Virus record (IMG/VR): IMGVR_UViG_3300031853_000007
Coordinates: 32,001 to 96,000 of that record
Origin: a virus
Taxonomy: Duplodnaviria; Caudoviricetes
Direction: 5' to 3' (one strand)
Length of the DNA: 64,000 nt
Notes under the pieces: model-generated
The model's database searches: none
What the model was told of the DNA's origin: nothing
The model's input: only the letters and a program-made list of their open reading frames with translations
Part shown: positions 11,172 to 20,671 of the stretch, piece after piece
Position numbering within the stretch: the stretch's first letter is position 1
Layout of the letters: each line of letters begins with the position of its first letter
Made by a program: the position numbers and the translations under genes

Positions 11172-12014
11172 TTAGTCGTCGAGAGCCTCAAACTCGGTCT
11201 TGGTCTTGATTACCTCGTCCTCGTCGTATACTACCATATCCCACAGCAGAGTGGAAGCGCCCTTAGCACAACCGCCAGACAGAGCATCAATGGAGATGTT
11301 GTGAGTCGAGAAGTCAGAACCAAAGGTCAGGCTGAATGTACCAGACATCTTAGCCTTGTAGTATGTAATCTTAGCGTGGAAGCTCTTATCGGTACAGATA
11401 TCCTTAACGAAGCAGTCGAAGATAGCCTCACCAGTCTCGGAGAACTTATTGTTCTCGTTGACAACCCTCTTACCAACCTTAGCCTTAGTGTCATAGAACG
11501 CAACGATTTCGTCGTTAGCAGAGAATACACCAGTAGGCAGAGTGATAGTCTTAGTGTCGGGGTCAAAAGCAAATGCAGTTGCAGATGCAGATGCAGCGAT
11601 AGGATACTTGTCGCCAAGAGAACCGTCGCTATTCTTCTTATAGATGTAAGCAATCTCAGCACCGGTTGCACCTACAGGATAGAACTCAGTAACAGCAGAA
11701 GTGCCGTCAGTAGTGGTCATGATATCCATGTAGTTATTAACGGTCTGTATGCCAACCTCTACGTCGCTACCAACCTGAACAGCCAGAGCACCATCAACGA
11801 TAGTACCATTGGTTGCGGTGAAAGTAGAAGTCTTGTTTCTATCGGTAGCACCGATTCTAGTACCATTCTTACCCTCAGCATAGATGGTCTCAGAGTCAAC
11901 GCTCATCTCAGCTTCCTGAAGGTCATCGAAAATGAACTTACAAACATTGTTACTCAGGTCGAACCAAGTAATGGTCTCGATACCCTGTACAAGATACTTG
12001 TCAGAAACAATCAT
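11172..12014 (-). CDS. Major tail (tube) protein
   Basis: 280 aa, beta-rich, codon bias like the capsid gene, followed by a hairpin; synteny. Confidence 0.7.
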   Translation of the reverse strand: MIVSDKYLVQGIETITWFDLSNNVCKFIFDDLQEAEMSVDSETIYAEGKNGTRIGATDRNKTSTFTATNGTIVDGALAVQVGSDVEVGIQTVNNYMDIMTTTDGTSAVTEFYPVGATGAEIAYIYKKNSDGSLGDKYPIAASASATAFAFDPDTKTITLPTGVFSANDEIVAFYDTKAKVGKRVVNENNKFSETGEAIFDCFVKDICTDKSFHAKITYYKAKMSGTFSLTFGSDFSTHNISIDALSGGCAKGASTLLWDMVVYDEDEVIKTKTEFEALDD

Positions 12015-12017
12015 GTA

Positions 12018-12788
12018 TCATCTCTCCTTTTCTTTATCTTTGTTTTGTTTAGATATACTTCCAAACCATTCTAGTACGGAATTATCAATATCCTTAGGAT
12101 TAATCGTTCCGCCATATATGGCTTGTTTAACATAATGTGATCCGTCGCGCTTCATGACTCTATAAAAACTATCATAAAGCTGACTGATGTGAAGTTCCAT
12201 CACGCCCTCATAAGAGTAGTTCGTGTTGGGTATATTAACCAAAGAAGAAACCAAATTAGCTATATGCTGTTTAGGTTCTTTCTTCGCGTTAAACTCTTGT
12301 TTGCGCCGCATTCTCTTTATAAGGTACTTTTTAGTAGCCAGAGAACCGGGCTTAATTTCATTTTGAATTTCACTGTCAATGTAATTTATAAATCGAACAT
12401 AATCTACTATCTGTTGATAGATATTTCGGTCGATAACAACCTCGCCGTTTGTGATTATCAGTTCCTCATTTTGTGGATTCACGCCCACGCTGAATGTACC
12501 AAAGTCTAAGTCTCCAAATAAAATGCTGGAGTATTTCGGTGTAAAGCCTAACGACAAAACATTCCGTATAAATAATTCAAAGTCGGAAACTGTTTCGTAG
12601 TCAATACCTTCGTCCCAAAGATTAACCATATCGTCATACGGTCGCATAACAATGTAGTTAATCAGAGCCAGATAATTAAATTCGCCGAACTCAGAGATTT
12701 CAGCTATGGTCGGATTATGGATAATGATTTTGTCATTAATCTTGTAATCCTGACCGAGTATCAAATACTTTAACTCGTCAAGCTGCAC
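12018..12788 (-). CDS. Hypothetical virion morphogenesis protein
   Basis: Full ORF within the head-tail operon, overlapping the upstream gene. Confidence 0.55.
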   Translation of the reverse strand: MQLDELKYLILGQDYKINDKIIIHNPTIAEISEFGEFNYLALINYIVMRPYDDMVNLWDEGIDYETVSDFELFIRNVLSLGFTPKYSSILFGDLDFGTFSVGVNPQNEELIITNGEVVIDRNIYQQIVDYVRFINYIDSEIQNEIKPGSLATKKYLIKRMRRKQEFNAKKEPKQHIANLVSSLVNIPNTNYSYEGVMELHISQLYDSFYRVMKRDGSHYVKQAIYGGTINPKDIDNSVLEWFGSISKQNKDKEKER

Positions 12789-13261
12789 AAGTCTACCTCT
12801 TGCGCCATATACCTAAGAACTCTACAACGGTGGTTCTGACCCACGCCCTCTTCCTCATTAGAAATGAGTTCAAGCGGTTTCTTGCCAAAGCCATCACGGT
12901 TGTTAAGAAGTTCTTCAATCTCTTCGCCCATCAAATCAATTCTGGTTGCACCTTCGTCTGTAATCATTTCGCCTTGATGTGAAATAACGTATATCTCAAT
13001 AACAAGTTTCTGATACAGCGAGCTACCCGAAGAAATTTCAGGCATGTAAACTCGATAACAAATGTAGTTGAGTTGCTCCTCTGGTGCTTCGGGAACGCGA
13101 ATGAAGTCAAATATATTTTTATATATCAGATCTTCTGGTAGTTCCACTTCATTATTATTTATAAGTTCAACGATCCTCTCGTCGTTGATAAATAGAGACG
13201 CTAATTGCCTCTTAAACTTAATAACAGTCTTACTGCTATTAGGTTTTTTATTCCTTGCCAT
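12770..13261 (-). CDS. Putative tail terminator/completion protein
   Basis: Start re-placed at MARNKK (RBS AAAGGTGG); size and synteny. Confidence 0.45.
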   Translation of the reverse strand: MARNKKPNSSKTVIKFKRQLASLFINDERIVELINNNEVELPEDLIYKNIFDFIRVPEAPEEQLNYICYRVYMPEISSGSSLYQKLVIEIYVISHQGEMITDEGATRIDLMGEEIEELLNNRDGFGKKPLELISNEEEGVGQNHRCRVLRYMAQEVDLCSLTS

Positions 13262-14268
13262 TACAATACATACACCACCTTTGCAAACAGTTCGCACGAT
13301 GCAGTATAGCTATCCGCAGACAGCTCTATTAGTACTTGCTGTTTAACTATGGACGGTTCGTAGAGTGCCTTAATCTTTAAGGCTCCGTCCTCTTCTGTAC
13401 ATTCATAATAATCCTCTGTACCCGGTACAAACGTAACGTTCCATATTGGTGTGATGCCATCTATAACATTTCCCGCGCCATCATGGAATACCGCAGTGTA
13501 TGTCTTATAGCTACCACCCACTTTAATATTGGGGTTGTCTCCCGAATACTGGATTTCGCAATTGATTCCTTCGATAATCTCTCGTTCCTCTTTATAGTCC
13601 GCAATCTGTAATTCAAGGTTATCTTTATCTTGACTTCGTTCGTCTTGCGACAGAACTATCAGTATAACGCCATGAACCATGTCGGGGTCATATACAGAGC
13701 TAACCACATTTCTATTTGTAACTACGTAGGTGTCAGGGTCTTCGAGATCAACATCGAGAATAAAACGATGATATCGTCTTATCTTCATTGTCTCGCTATC
13801 TAACGGAAGAAAGATAGTATAGTTAGTTTTAACCTTGTCTATAACTGACTTGTAACTAACACCCTGAGTGTTGGTTGCCTTTTCATCAGTAGCACACCAA
13901 CGTTCAATTATTTCACCGTCTGCGTTTTGCCAACGCAGTATTTTATTGCACTGACGGATAGTACCCTTGTACTGTACTTCACAGTCAAGGTCGGTCTCAC
14001 TTACAAGCCAATAATAACCGTCCCACAATACATAGTCACCATCATAAAAGCGTTCATCGGGCATAGAAAGAATCTTCTTAATGTGCATTGAGCTACCAGA
14101 CTCGATGAGCACATCCCGCTCTTCGTCGTTAATTGTAACGTGTTTCAAAGCAAGAGAATCATCGCTTGTAGTAACGTAATCTCTCTTAGCGCGATTCTTA
14201 TTTCTTTCCCGCATGGTGTCGCCATCGGCTGTAATTAGCTTGTCGTATAATTCCCAATTAGCTCTCAC
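13261..14268 (-). CDS. Putative head closure/head-tail joining protein with C-terminal Ig-like region
   Basis: GDYVLWDGYYWLV and CNKILRWQ motifs; synteny. Confidence 0.5.
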   Translation of the reverse strand: MRANWELYDKLITADGDTMRERNKNRAKRDYVTTSDDSLALKHVTINDEERDVLIESGSSMHIKKILSMPDERFYDGDYVLWDGYYWLVSETDLDCEVQYKGTIRQCNKILRWQNADGEIIERWCATDEKATNTQGVSYKSVIDKVKTNYTIFLPLDSETMKIRRYHRFILDVDLEDPDTYVVTNRNVVSSVYDPDMVHGVILIVLSQDERSQDKDNLELQIADYKEEREIIEGINCEIQYSGDNPNIKVGGSYKTYTAVFHDGAGNVIDGITPIWNVTFVPGTEDYYECTEEDGALKIKALYEPSIVKQQVLIELSADSYTASCELFAKVVYVL

Positions 14269-14596
14269 GGCGATTCACCTCTTCTTTCAAATATTCGTTT
14301 AACTGATTAGATATTGAAATACACTTGAATATAGCACGTCGATACTCCGAATGTGTCATATCTTCTTGCCGAACAGATTCCAGTATACACATGATATCCA
14401 TTATCTTCGGATTGTAGTTGGTATCACACATCAAAGAATGATTCCCACCAATCTCGAAAATGAGGTCATCTAGGTACGTGTCTATCGTGTCGGAGTTAGA
14501 CTCCTTTAGAGGTAATATCTTAAAGAGCTTGTCTACCAGTCGGGATAGATAGTTGCAACAAAGAGTATCGGGAATGTCCCCGTGACGACTATTCAT
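14258..14596 (-). CDS. Hypothetical protein
   Basis: ORF translationally coupled to both neighbours. Confidence 0.6.
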   Translation of the reverse strand: MNSRHGDIPDTLCCNYLSRLVDKLFKILPLKESNSDTIDTYLDDLIFEIGGNHSLMCDTNYNPKIMDIMCILESVRQEDMTHSEYRRAIFKCISISNQLNEYLKEEVNRRES

Positions 14597-15036
14597 CTAT
14601 TCATCGCCTCTTTGAGACACTCTTTATAATCCCTATAGGAGTAAGTATAATTCACTGCTAACAGACGAGATTTCTTAACCGTATCATCATACAAAGCATT
14701 AATCTTATCAATGAGATTAGCAGGAGAATACTCAGAGTAATCCTTGGTAGAAAGTCTCTCTCTTAATATTTCGGAAGAATACAGATACGGCTTTAACCAT
14801 TCAACAAGCATGTAGTTACAGATAATATCAATCTCGACATCATCCAATTCTGCTTCAAATGAATCCTCCGTTCTGGCAGATAAATCCTTCCTACAGGTCT
14901 TGCTAAACTTAGAGCAAGCCTTGTTCATTAAAATTGTCATCCAACCGTCACGCTCCTCTTCTGTGAGCACGGTTAGTCTATGTTCAAAAATCATTGTAGT
15001 GAAATCGTCAATTATTTGTGAAAATGGAGTGCCCAT
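14593..15036 (-). CDS. Putative head-tail adaptor
   Basis: Helical ~147 aa with KDYSEYSPANL motif; two genes downstream of capsid. Confidence 0.5.
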   Translation of the reverse strand: MGTPFSQIIDDFTTMIFEHRLTVLTEEERDGWMTILMNKACSKFSKTCRKDLSARTEDSFEAELDDVEIDIICNYMLVEWLKPYLYSSEILRERLSTKDYSEYSPANLIDKINALYDDTVKKSRLLAVNYTYSYRDYKECLKEAMNR

Positions 15037-15049
15037 GATAAACACCTCA

Positions 15050-15625
15050 TTAATTGTCTATCTCTAGTCCGAAAACCTCGCAAAGATATCTAACAGTCTT
15101 CATCGAATCTATCTTTCCAGAGTTGATAAGCTCAGAAGCCTTGTACGCAAATGTGTCGTGCAGACCCTTGGGGAGACTATTAAGTGTAACCTGCATCTCT
15201 TCCAGAGGGAGTTCAAATACACCATCAAAATCCTCATAGGAGGGGATATTCTTATAGTAGCCATCCACACCAAGATATCTGAGAATATCTTCATCAATAC
15301 CAACCCAATTCTTAGAGAAGAACTTAGGCTGAGAGTTTCTCATAGTTATAAGTTCACCAAGCTCAATCTCTTCGATGTCGCCGGGATTACTCCACACAAT
15401 CTTATAACCATTCTGTCTCTTACTAATGTAAATCAGCTTGCCCGCAGTGAGATTCTGACACTCAACCAACATATCATTGGGGAGCTTTTCGCGTCTCTTT
15501 GGGGTAGTAACCTTAGTCTTCTTCTTGGTTGTCGCCTTAGTCTCGACTACTTCCTCCTCTACGGGAGCAACAGTCTCAACTTCCTTTGTAGACTTAGTAG
15601 TCTTTGCAGTATTTCTTGTAGCCAT
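15050..15625 (-). CDS. Hypothetical head-associated protein
   Basis: Strong RBS; directly follows the capsid gene. Confidence 0.55.
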   Translation of the reverse strand: MATRNTAKTTKSTKEVETVAPVEEEVVETKATTKKKTKVTTPKRREKLPNDMLVECQNLTAGKLIYISKRQNGYKIVWSNPGDIEEIELGELITMRNSQPKFFSKNWVGIDEDILRYLGVDGYYKNIPSYEDFDGVFELPLEEMQVTLNSLPKGLHDTFAYKASELINSGKIDSMKTVRYLCEVFGLEIDN

Positions 15626-15701
15626 TATTCATTTCTCCTTTTTTTCTTTCAATAATAAAATAGGGACGCAAAATATAGTGCGCCCCTATAATAAGTTTTA
15701 A

Positions 15702-16718
15702 TTATGCCATGTCGTAAACGCCGATCTTACCAGTCTGTACAACACCAACACCGTATCTATCAATGTAGGTGTAATCCTGAGAGAGGTCAGCATTATCGAG
15801 AGGATTGCCGAGATAAGAGAAAGGCTCACCCTCGTTAATAACCTTGATGGGCTTCTCGTCGCCAGCAATTATGTACAGCTTATCGTTATCGAAGATAAAC
15901 TGGTTGGTACCGGGCTTGTAAGCCTGTCTGATATAAACAGTGTCGGTACCATAGAACTTGCCAAAGTAACCCATGTTATAAAGGTCAGACTTAGCCTCGT
16001 TGGACATGCTAGTAGCAGGATCAACGTTTATCTTAGCCAGAGCGGACTTAGTACCGTAAATCTTAGCGGTCTTGCCAGTAGCAGCCTCTACACGGTCAAC
16101 CAGCTCTCTCAGATCCTCTGCATCATAGCTACCAGTGGAAGGGGGTGCATAGGAGCTTGCGGTGCCTACAGCAGCAGCGAAAGCGTTGAAGCAATCGGTA
16201 AGAATAGCCTGCTTGAAGGACTCAGCAACCTTGTTAATGAAGTAATTCATATCAACCTTACCAGACAGAACTCTATCCAGCTCGTCATAAATCTTGACAG
16301 CCTTGGGAGTAGTCTTGATTCGGATATGCTCACCATCGAGGAATCTCTGTCTGCGGATACCCTGAGTGCCACGAGCAACCTCGGATACGAAGAAGAGGGA
16401 GTTATCCTCGATATAGAAATCGTTCTCGTCGCCCAGAGCAACGCTCTTGAACTCTACGAGGTTAGTGAAGAACTCGTCGCCAGTAAAGCCCTCAACGACA
16501 GTCTTCTGGAGAATGGTCTCAACGATGCTAAACAGACCCTTGCACTCGCCATCGCGGATAGCCTTGATGTTGAGCTTAGTGGAACCGTTGTTAGCCTCAA
16601 TAAGAGCCTTTCTGAGAACGGACATGCTGTCCTTTACGGAGTAATCCTTAACAGGAACTCCATTGTATGCGTCAACTGCGAGATTTATAATATCATCTCT
16701 GGTATATTCATTAGCCAT
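15702..16718 (-). CDS. Major capsid protein
   Basis: 338 aa, strong codon bias, follows protease/scaffold and decoration genes; hairpin at ~15664-15688 downstream. Confidence 0.8.
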   Translation of the reverse strand: MANEYTRDDIINLAVDAYNGVPVKDYSVKDSMSVLRKALIEANNGSTKLNIKAIRDGECKGLFSIVETILQKTVVEGFTGDEFFTNLVEFKSVALGDENDFYIEDNSLFFVSEVARGTQGIRRQRFLDGEHIRIKTTPKAVKIYDELDRVLSGKVDMNYFINKVAESFKQAILTDCFNAFAAAVGTASSYAPPSTGSYDAEDLRELVDRVEAATGKTAKIYGTKSALAKINVDPATSMSNEAKSDLYNMGYFGKFYGTDTVYIRQAYKPGTNQFIFDNDKLYIIAGDEKPIKVINEGEPFSYLGNPLDNADLSQDYTYIDRYGVGVVQTGKIGVYDMA

Positions 16719-16743
16719 TATTGTTATCTCCTTTCTTATTAAA

Positions 16744-17256
16744 TTACTTAATTCTGATTACGAAGTAAGTCTTAGAACCAACTACCTCGACATCAATGAT
16801 AGTACCTACGCCATCAGCGGCAGTAGCGGTGTACTCCCACTTAGTAGTAGTACCCAGCTTAACATACTTGCCCTTTGCAGTGGAAGCAGTAGCGGGAAGG
16901 TTGTTGATAGCGGGTGCAGTTACAGAGAACACGTCGCCAGTCTCAAGGAGATATACTCTCTGAGGCTCGCCGTCTGCCTTGTTGATGAAGTCGGTGAGAT
17001 CGTCAACCAGAACAGTAGCGTCCTTGTTAATCTCTACGGATGCAACGAGACCAACAGTCTTGATGGTATCAGAAGCAGTAGGTGCAGTAGTCTTAAACAC
17101 CTCTCTATCAAGCAGCTCATCGGTAACATGTACAACATTACCATTCTGAATGTCAGTAGCAGTGGTGTCTACATAATATCTTGCGGACAGGAGCTTAGAA
17201 GCATCTGCGGTGCCAGTAACCCTGTCGAGTCGTACAACAGCGTAATTATTAGCCAT
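16744..17256 (-). CDS. Putative capsid decoration/cement protein
   Basis: 170 aa, beta-rich, between scaffold and capsid. Confidence 0.55.
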   Translation of the reverse strand: MANNYAVVRLDRVTGTADASKLLSARYYVDTTATDIQNGNVVHVTDELLDREVFKTTAPTASDTIKTVGLVASVEINKDATVLVDDLTDFINKADGEPQRVYLLETGDVFSVTAPAINNLPATASTAKGKYVKLGTTTKWEYTATAADGVGTIIDVEVVGSKTYFVIRIK

Positions 17257-17279
17257 TTTATTTTCCTCCTTTTTAAAAT

Positions 17280-18920
17280 TTAGTCTTCGTTCAGTAGGTC
17301 AAACAGACCGTTGTAAGGCTTGTTTGAAGCTTTATTCTCATCGTCGTGGCAGCTAAAGCCAACGCGAGTCAAATCACTATTGGTGTTAATAGAGAAAGTA
17401 GAACTAATGCGTCCAAGCATAGCGTAACACTTCTCCTCAACTTCCTCTACGGAATAATCAGAGTTATTCTCTTTGAGGTTTGCGTAATCCTCACACTCAG
17501 CAAGTCTCTCATCAAATGCCTCGAATATTGCATTGACAGCCTCAGCGCGAGCATTAGCCTCCGCTTCGCTCTTGAATTTTCTCAGTTCCTCAACTTCGGT
17601 TTCAAGTGTAGCGAAATCGTTTCGCATCTTATCAAGCTCGTTGCGCTCGTTCTCGGTTACGAACTCCGCGAATACTTCCTCAAACTCGGGATTGACAGCT
17701 ACCTCTTCGTCATTCTTTGTGTAGCCAATCTTATAATACTTTTCGTCTATCCACGCCTGAGCAATGAAATAATCCTCGTAAGTACGGATTATCCAATATT
17801 CGTCGTCGCTAATCTCACCGAGAGCCTTATACAGCTTGGTGCGCTTGTCTTCGTCACTCATAGAAAAAGAAATACTCTTAGTGTCCTCAGAATAAACGCC
17901 AGCCTTTGCAGGCTCAGAATCGGAACTGTCAGCGTCAATAGAATTATCTGCGGCGGGAGCATCGTCAGGTTCACCATCAGGCTCGCCCTCGGGTTCTGCG
18001 TCATTAGACTCTCCATCAGAGTCGCCATCAGGCTCATCCTTGGGTTCGTCACCATCGCCCTCAGCTACGTCAACGGGATCTCCCTCAGTGGGTTCCTCGT
18101 CTACCTTAGCGTTAAGCTCAGCAACCTTAGCTCTCAGCTCATCAACAGTCATATCCTCGTTTATCTCAAAACCAAGTTCAGCTTCGCTTATACCGTACTC
18201 AGCAAGGACATTCTGTATAGTTTCCTTATCCATTCCTATCACTCCTTTCTCTTGTTCTTTATCCGCAATCGAGAATAACTTGGAAATCTCGCTGCGTAAA
18301 TCCTCAACAGTGATAACTCTTGTGCCATCATCTGCCGTAGAATAATTAGTAATAGTAGCACCCGAATTTTGCATTGCGGGTCTTACATCGGTGCCAAGAA
18401 GAGTTATACCTTCATACTTAAAATCAGTGATGATATAGCAATTCTTAGGCTTACTATAATGGTAATCCAAGAACTCTACTTCCATAGAGAGTTTTATCCT
18501 ATCGCTGTTTTGAAGAATATCAACACAGTAATTAGAATAGCCCTTCCATATGTAAGCATCACAATACACATAAGAAATACCATCCTCTTCAACTATCTCG
18601 TAATTGTTAGTCTCGGGAACTAAACCAACGGGTTGTTCTTGGTATATCTTGCGATACTGACCATCATTGAATTTATCTTCCTCGATAGTAAAATCGTGTC
18701 CTCCAAAATCAAGCTGACCATCATCGTTCTCTATAACGTGAGCAAGAATCGCGCTGTTAGCAATAGACGCTTGGGCTTTATAGAGTGCATCTTTGGGGAA
18801 TATTGTGTTGTGAAGACTCTTGGTATCGTGACATACTTTGAGTCGTAGTTTCATGAATTTGTCATTGTCGAAAGTATCATCGACTGCGTATGTTACCGCA
18901 TATGAAATATTATTTAGCAT
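17280..18920 (-). CDS. Prohead protease/scaffold fusion (SPbeta YonD-like)
   Basis: N-terminal domain with LSMEV and ITLLGTDVRPAM; acidic linker; coiled-coil C-terminus. Confidence 0.7.
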   Translation of the reverse strand: MLNNISYAVTYAVDDTFDNDKFMKLRLKVCHDTKSLHNTIFPKDALYKAQASIANSAILAHVIENDDGQLDFGGHDFTIEEDKFNDGQYRKIYQEQPVGLVPETNNYEIVEEDGISYVYCDAYIWKGYSNYCVDILQNSDRIKLSMEVEFLDYHYSKPKNCYIITDFKYEGITLLGTDVRPAMQNSGATITNYSTADDGTRVITVEDLRSEISKLFSIADKEQEKGVIGMDKETIQNVLAEYGISEAELGFEINEDMTVDELRAKVAELNAKVDEEPTEGDPVDVAEGDGDEPKDEPDGDSDGESNDAEPEGEPDGEPDDAPAADNSIDADSSDSEPAKAGVYSEDTKSISFSMSDEDKRTKLYKALGEISDDEYWIIRTYEDYFIAQAWIDEKYYKIGYTKNDEEVAVNPEFEEVFAEFVTENERNELDKMRNDFATLETEVEELRKFKSEAEANARAEAVNAIFEAFDERLAECEDYANLKENNSDYSVEEVEEKCYAMLGRISSTFSINTNSDLTRVGFSCHDDENKASNKPYNGLFDLLNED

Positions 18921-18956
18921 TGCAACCTCCTTTCTAAAAAATGAAACACCGTGTTG

Positions 18957-19136
18957 TTACGCGAAGAAAGTGTTCGTGTATACTATCTTTAAGTCGTCCA
19001 TCTCACTAAATGTGTTAGCAGGGGAGTTCTCAAATACATAGGTGTCACCCGACATAGAAAAGAGTTTATAGCCGTGATTAAGTAATATCTCGGCGGTAGT
19101 ATCGTCTTGTGTCATAATGAAGTGTTTATCATCCAT
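18957..19136 (-). CDS. Small hypothetical protein (59 aa)
   Basis: Below the track cutoff. RBS AAGGTGGTGG; MDDKHFIMTQDDTTAEILL... Confidence 0.55.
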   Translation of the reverse strand: MDDKHFIMTQDDTTAEILLNHGYKLFSMSGDTYVFENSPANTFSEMDDLKIVYTNTFFA

Positions 19137-19150
19137 GCTTGTCCACCACC

Positions 19151-20656
19151 TTAATATTCCTTGTTGATTTCGGCTTCTCTTGTTAATTCACCTGCGTCAG
19201 TAAGCTGTTCGCCTTTTTCCTCTGCCGTAGGTGCGCCACCATCATCACTACCAGATTGAGTGTATGACGTAGCGAGAGGTTCAAATTTGTTTGCCAAATC
19301 AAGTACCTCATTTTCAAGGAAGGTCATACCAAGCATATCTATCGGATTGATACCAAGAGCGGAGCAAGCCATAGTCTTGGTTGGCAGACTAGCCTGAGCT
19401 GCCTTCAAATAACCGTTGATTGCTTCTTCCTTGTTATAGAATGTAATGTCTAATAGTTCAATCTTGAATTTGTACCTGCTAAACCGCAGCTTTAACAAGC
19501 GGTTGATGTTGCGCTCAATCTGACGAGACAAATCAAACACCATCTGCATATCCGCCTTAATAGAAACATTAAGAGTTGCAGAGGTTTTATTCTCGTCGCC
19601 AAATATAAGCGAGCTTACACCGGCATCATTCCAAAATGTTTTAATTGAATTATTGACGTTGTTGTTTTCAGAAGTTCCAGTATTCTCGAAACTGAAATCC
19701 TTAGAGTCCATAGGTGTAAGGAACGCGCCTATGTTTTCGGGAAGAACATCAAGTAAGCCGCTGTAATATTCAAGAAGAATATCGCGGTCAATCAAAAAGT
19801 TCCCGTCGTTATCAACAGGAACCTTCAATGCAATTACTTTATAGTTGTCAGTTTCGGCTTTGGCTTTCTTTAGGGCTTTGTAATCTTCAATGTCGTATAT
19901 ACCCTCAAACACACCAAGGAATGGTACAACGGGGTATGGGACATCATCCATGAGCTTTACACAGAACTGCCGCTTTGAATCGAGAGTTTGCCACCGCACA
20001 CCCTCTTCCTTAAACAATGCAAACCTCTCTTCAAACTCTTCGCCGAAGTATTGTAAATCCTGCGGATAAGTAAGAAAGTACGTGAAGTCGAAGTCGTATA
20101 AGAAACAACCATCTTCTATACGAGTGACCTTACAGTACTCAGGCGGGAGTTGCTTAATATAAAAGGATTCGTTGGACTCATATATGTATCCGTAGAATAT
20201 ATCTTCCTTAAAACATATCTTAGCAATCTTAGCCATCTCGTGACGTATATTCATCTTATCGAGATATGCAAGAGTATTGATATAACTCTTCTCATACTCC
20301 ACCTTATCTATTTTACCCCAAACAGAATTGATCTTATAAGGTGAGACAATATAAGAATAGAGGTGCATTGTAGCGAAATAATTTATCAGTCTCTTATAAT
20401 GAGGGCTAACCTGATATAAGTGGCGAGACATCATTCTCAGCTCGTTCTGATAAGTTGCGGGGTTGTTTATCCAATGCGACACCTTGTACTTTGGGTACTT
20501 CTTAAAGAAGTGCAAAGGATTGCGTACACGTATGTAAGGGTCTTTGTTTAAGTCACGAAGTATAATCTGTTTGAGTGCAGAAAACTTACTCAACTGATTA
20601 ATGACCTCATACCCCGCGCCGTCAGTGCTACTAACGGGAGTAATTAAATCTGACAT
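19151..20656 (-). CDS. Portal protein
   Basis: 501 aa directly after the large terminase; C-terminal PLATSYTQSG. Confidence 0.78.
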   Translation of the reverse strand: MSDLITPVSSTDGAGYEVINQLSKFSALKQIILRDLNKDPYIRVRNPLHFFKKYPKYKVSHWINNPATYQNELRMMSRHLYQVSPHYKRLINYFATMHLYSYIVSPYKINSVWGKIDKVEYEKSYINTLAYLDKMNIRHEMAKIAKICFKEDIFYGYIYESNESFYIKQLPPEYCKVTRIEDGCFLYDFDFTYFLTYPQDLQYFGEEFEERFALFKEEGVRWQTLDSKRQFCVKLMDDVPYPVVPFLGVFEGIYDIEDYKALKKAKAETDNYKVIALKVPVDNDGNFLIDRDILLEYYSGLLDVLPENIGAFLTPMDSKDFSFENTGTSENNNVNNSIKTFWNDAGVSSLIFGDENKTSATLNVSIKADMQMVFDLSRQIERNINRLLKLRFSRYKFKIELLDITFYNKEEAINGYLKAAQASLPTKTMACSALGINPIDMLGMTFLENEVLDLANKFEPLATSYTQSGSDDGGAPTAEEKGEQLTDAGELTREAEINKEY

Positions 20657-20671
20657 GATTCACCACCTTTA

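Noticed and set aside
11301-18278. Long plus-strand ORFs (e.g. 11301-12074, 16663-17283, 17346-18278)
   Set aside because: Antisense shadows of strongly codon-biased structural genes; no RBS or protein-like content.
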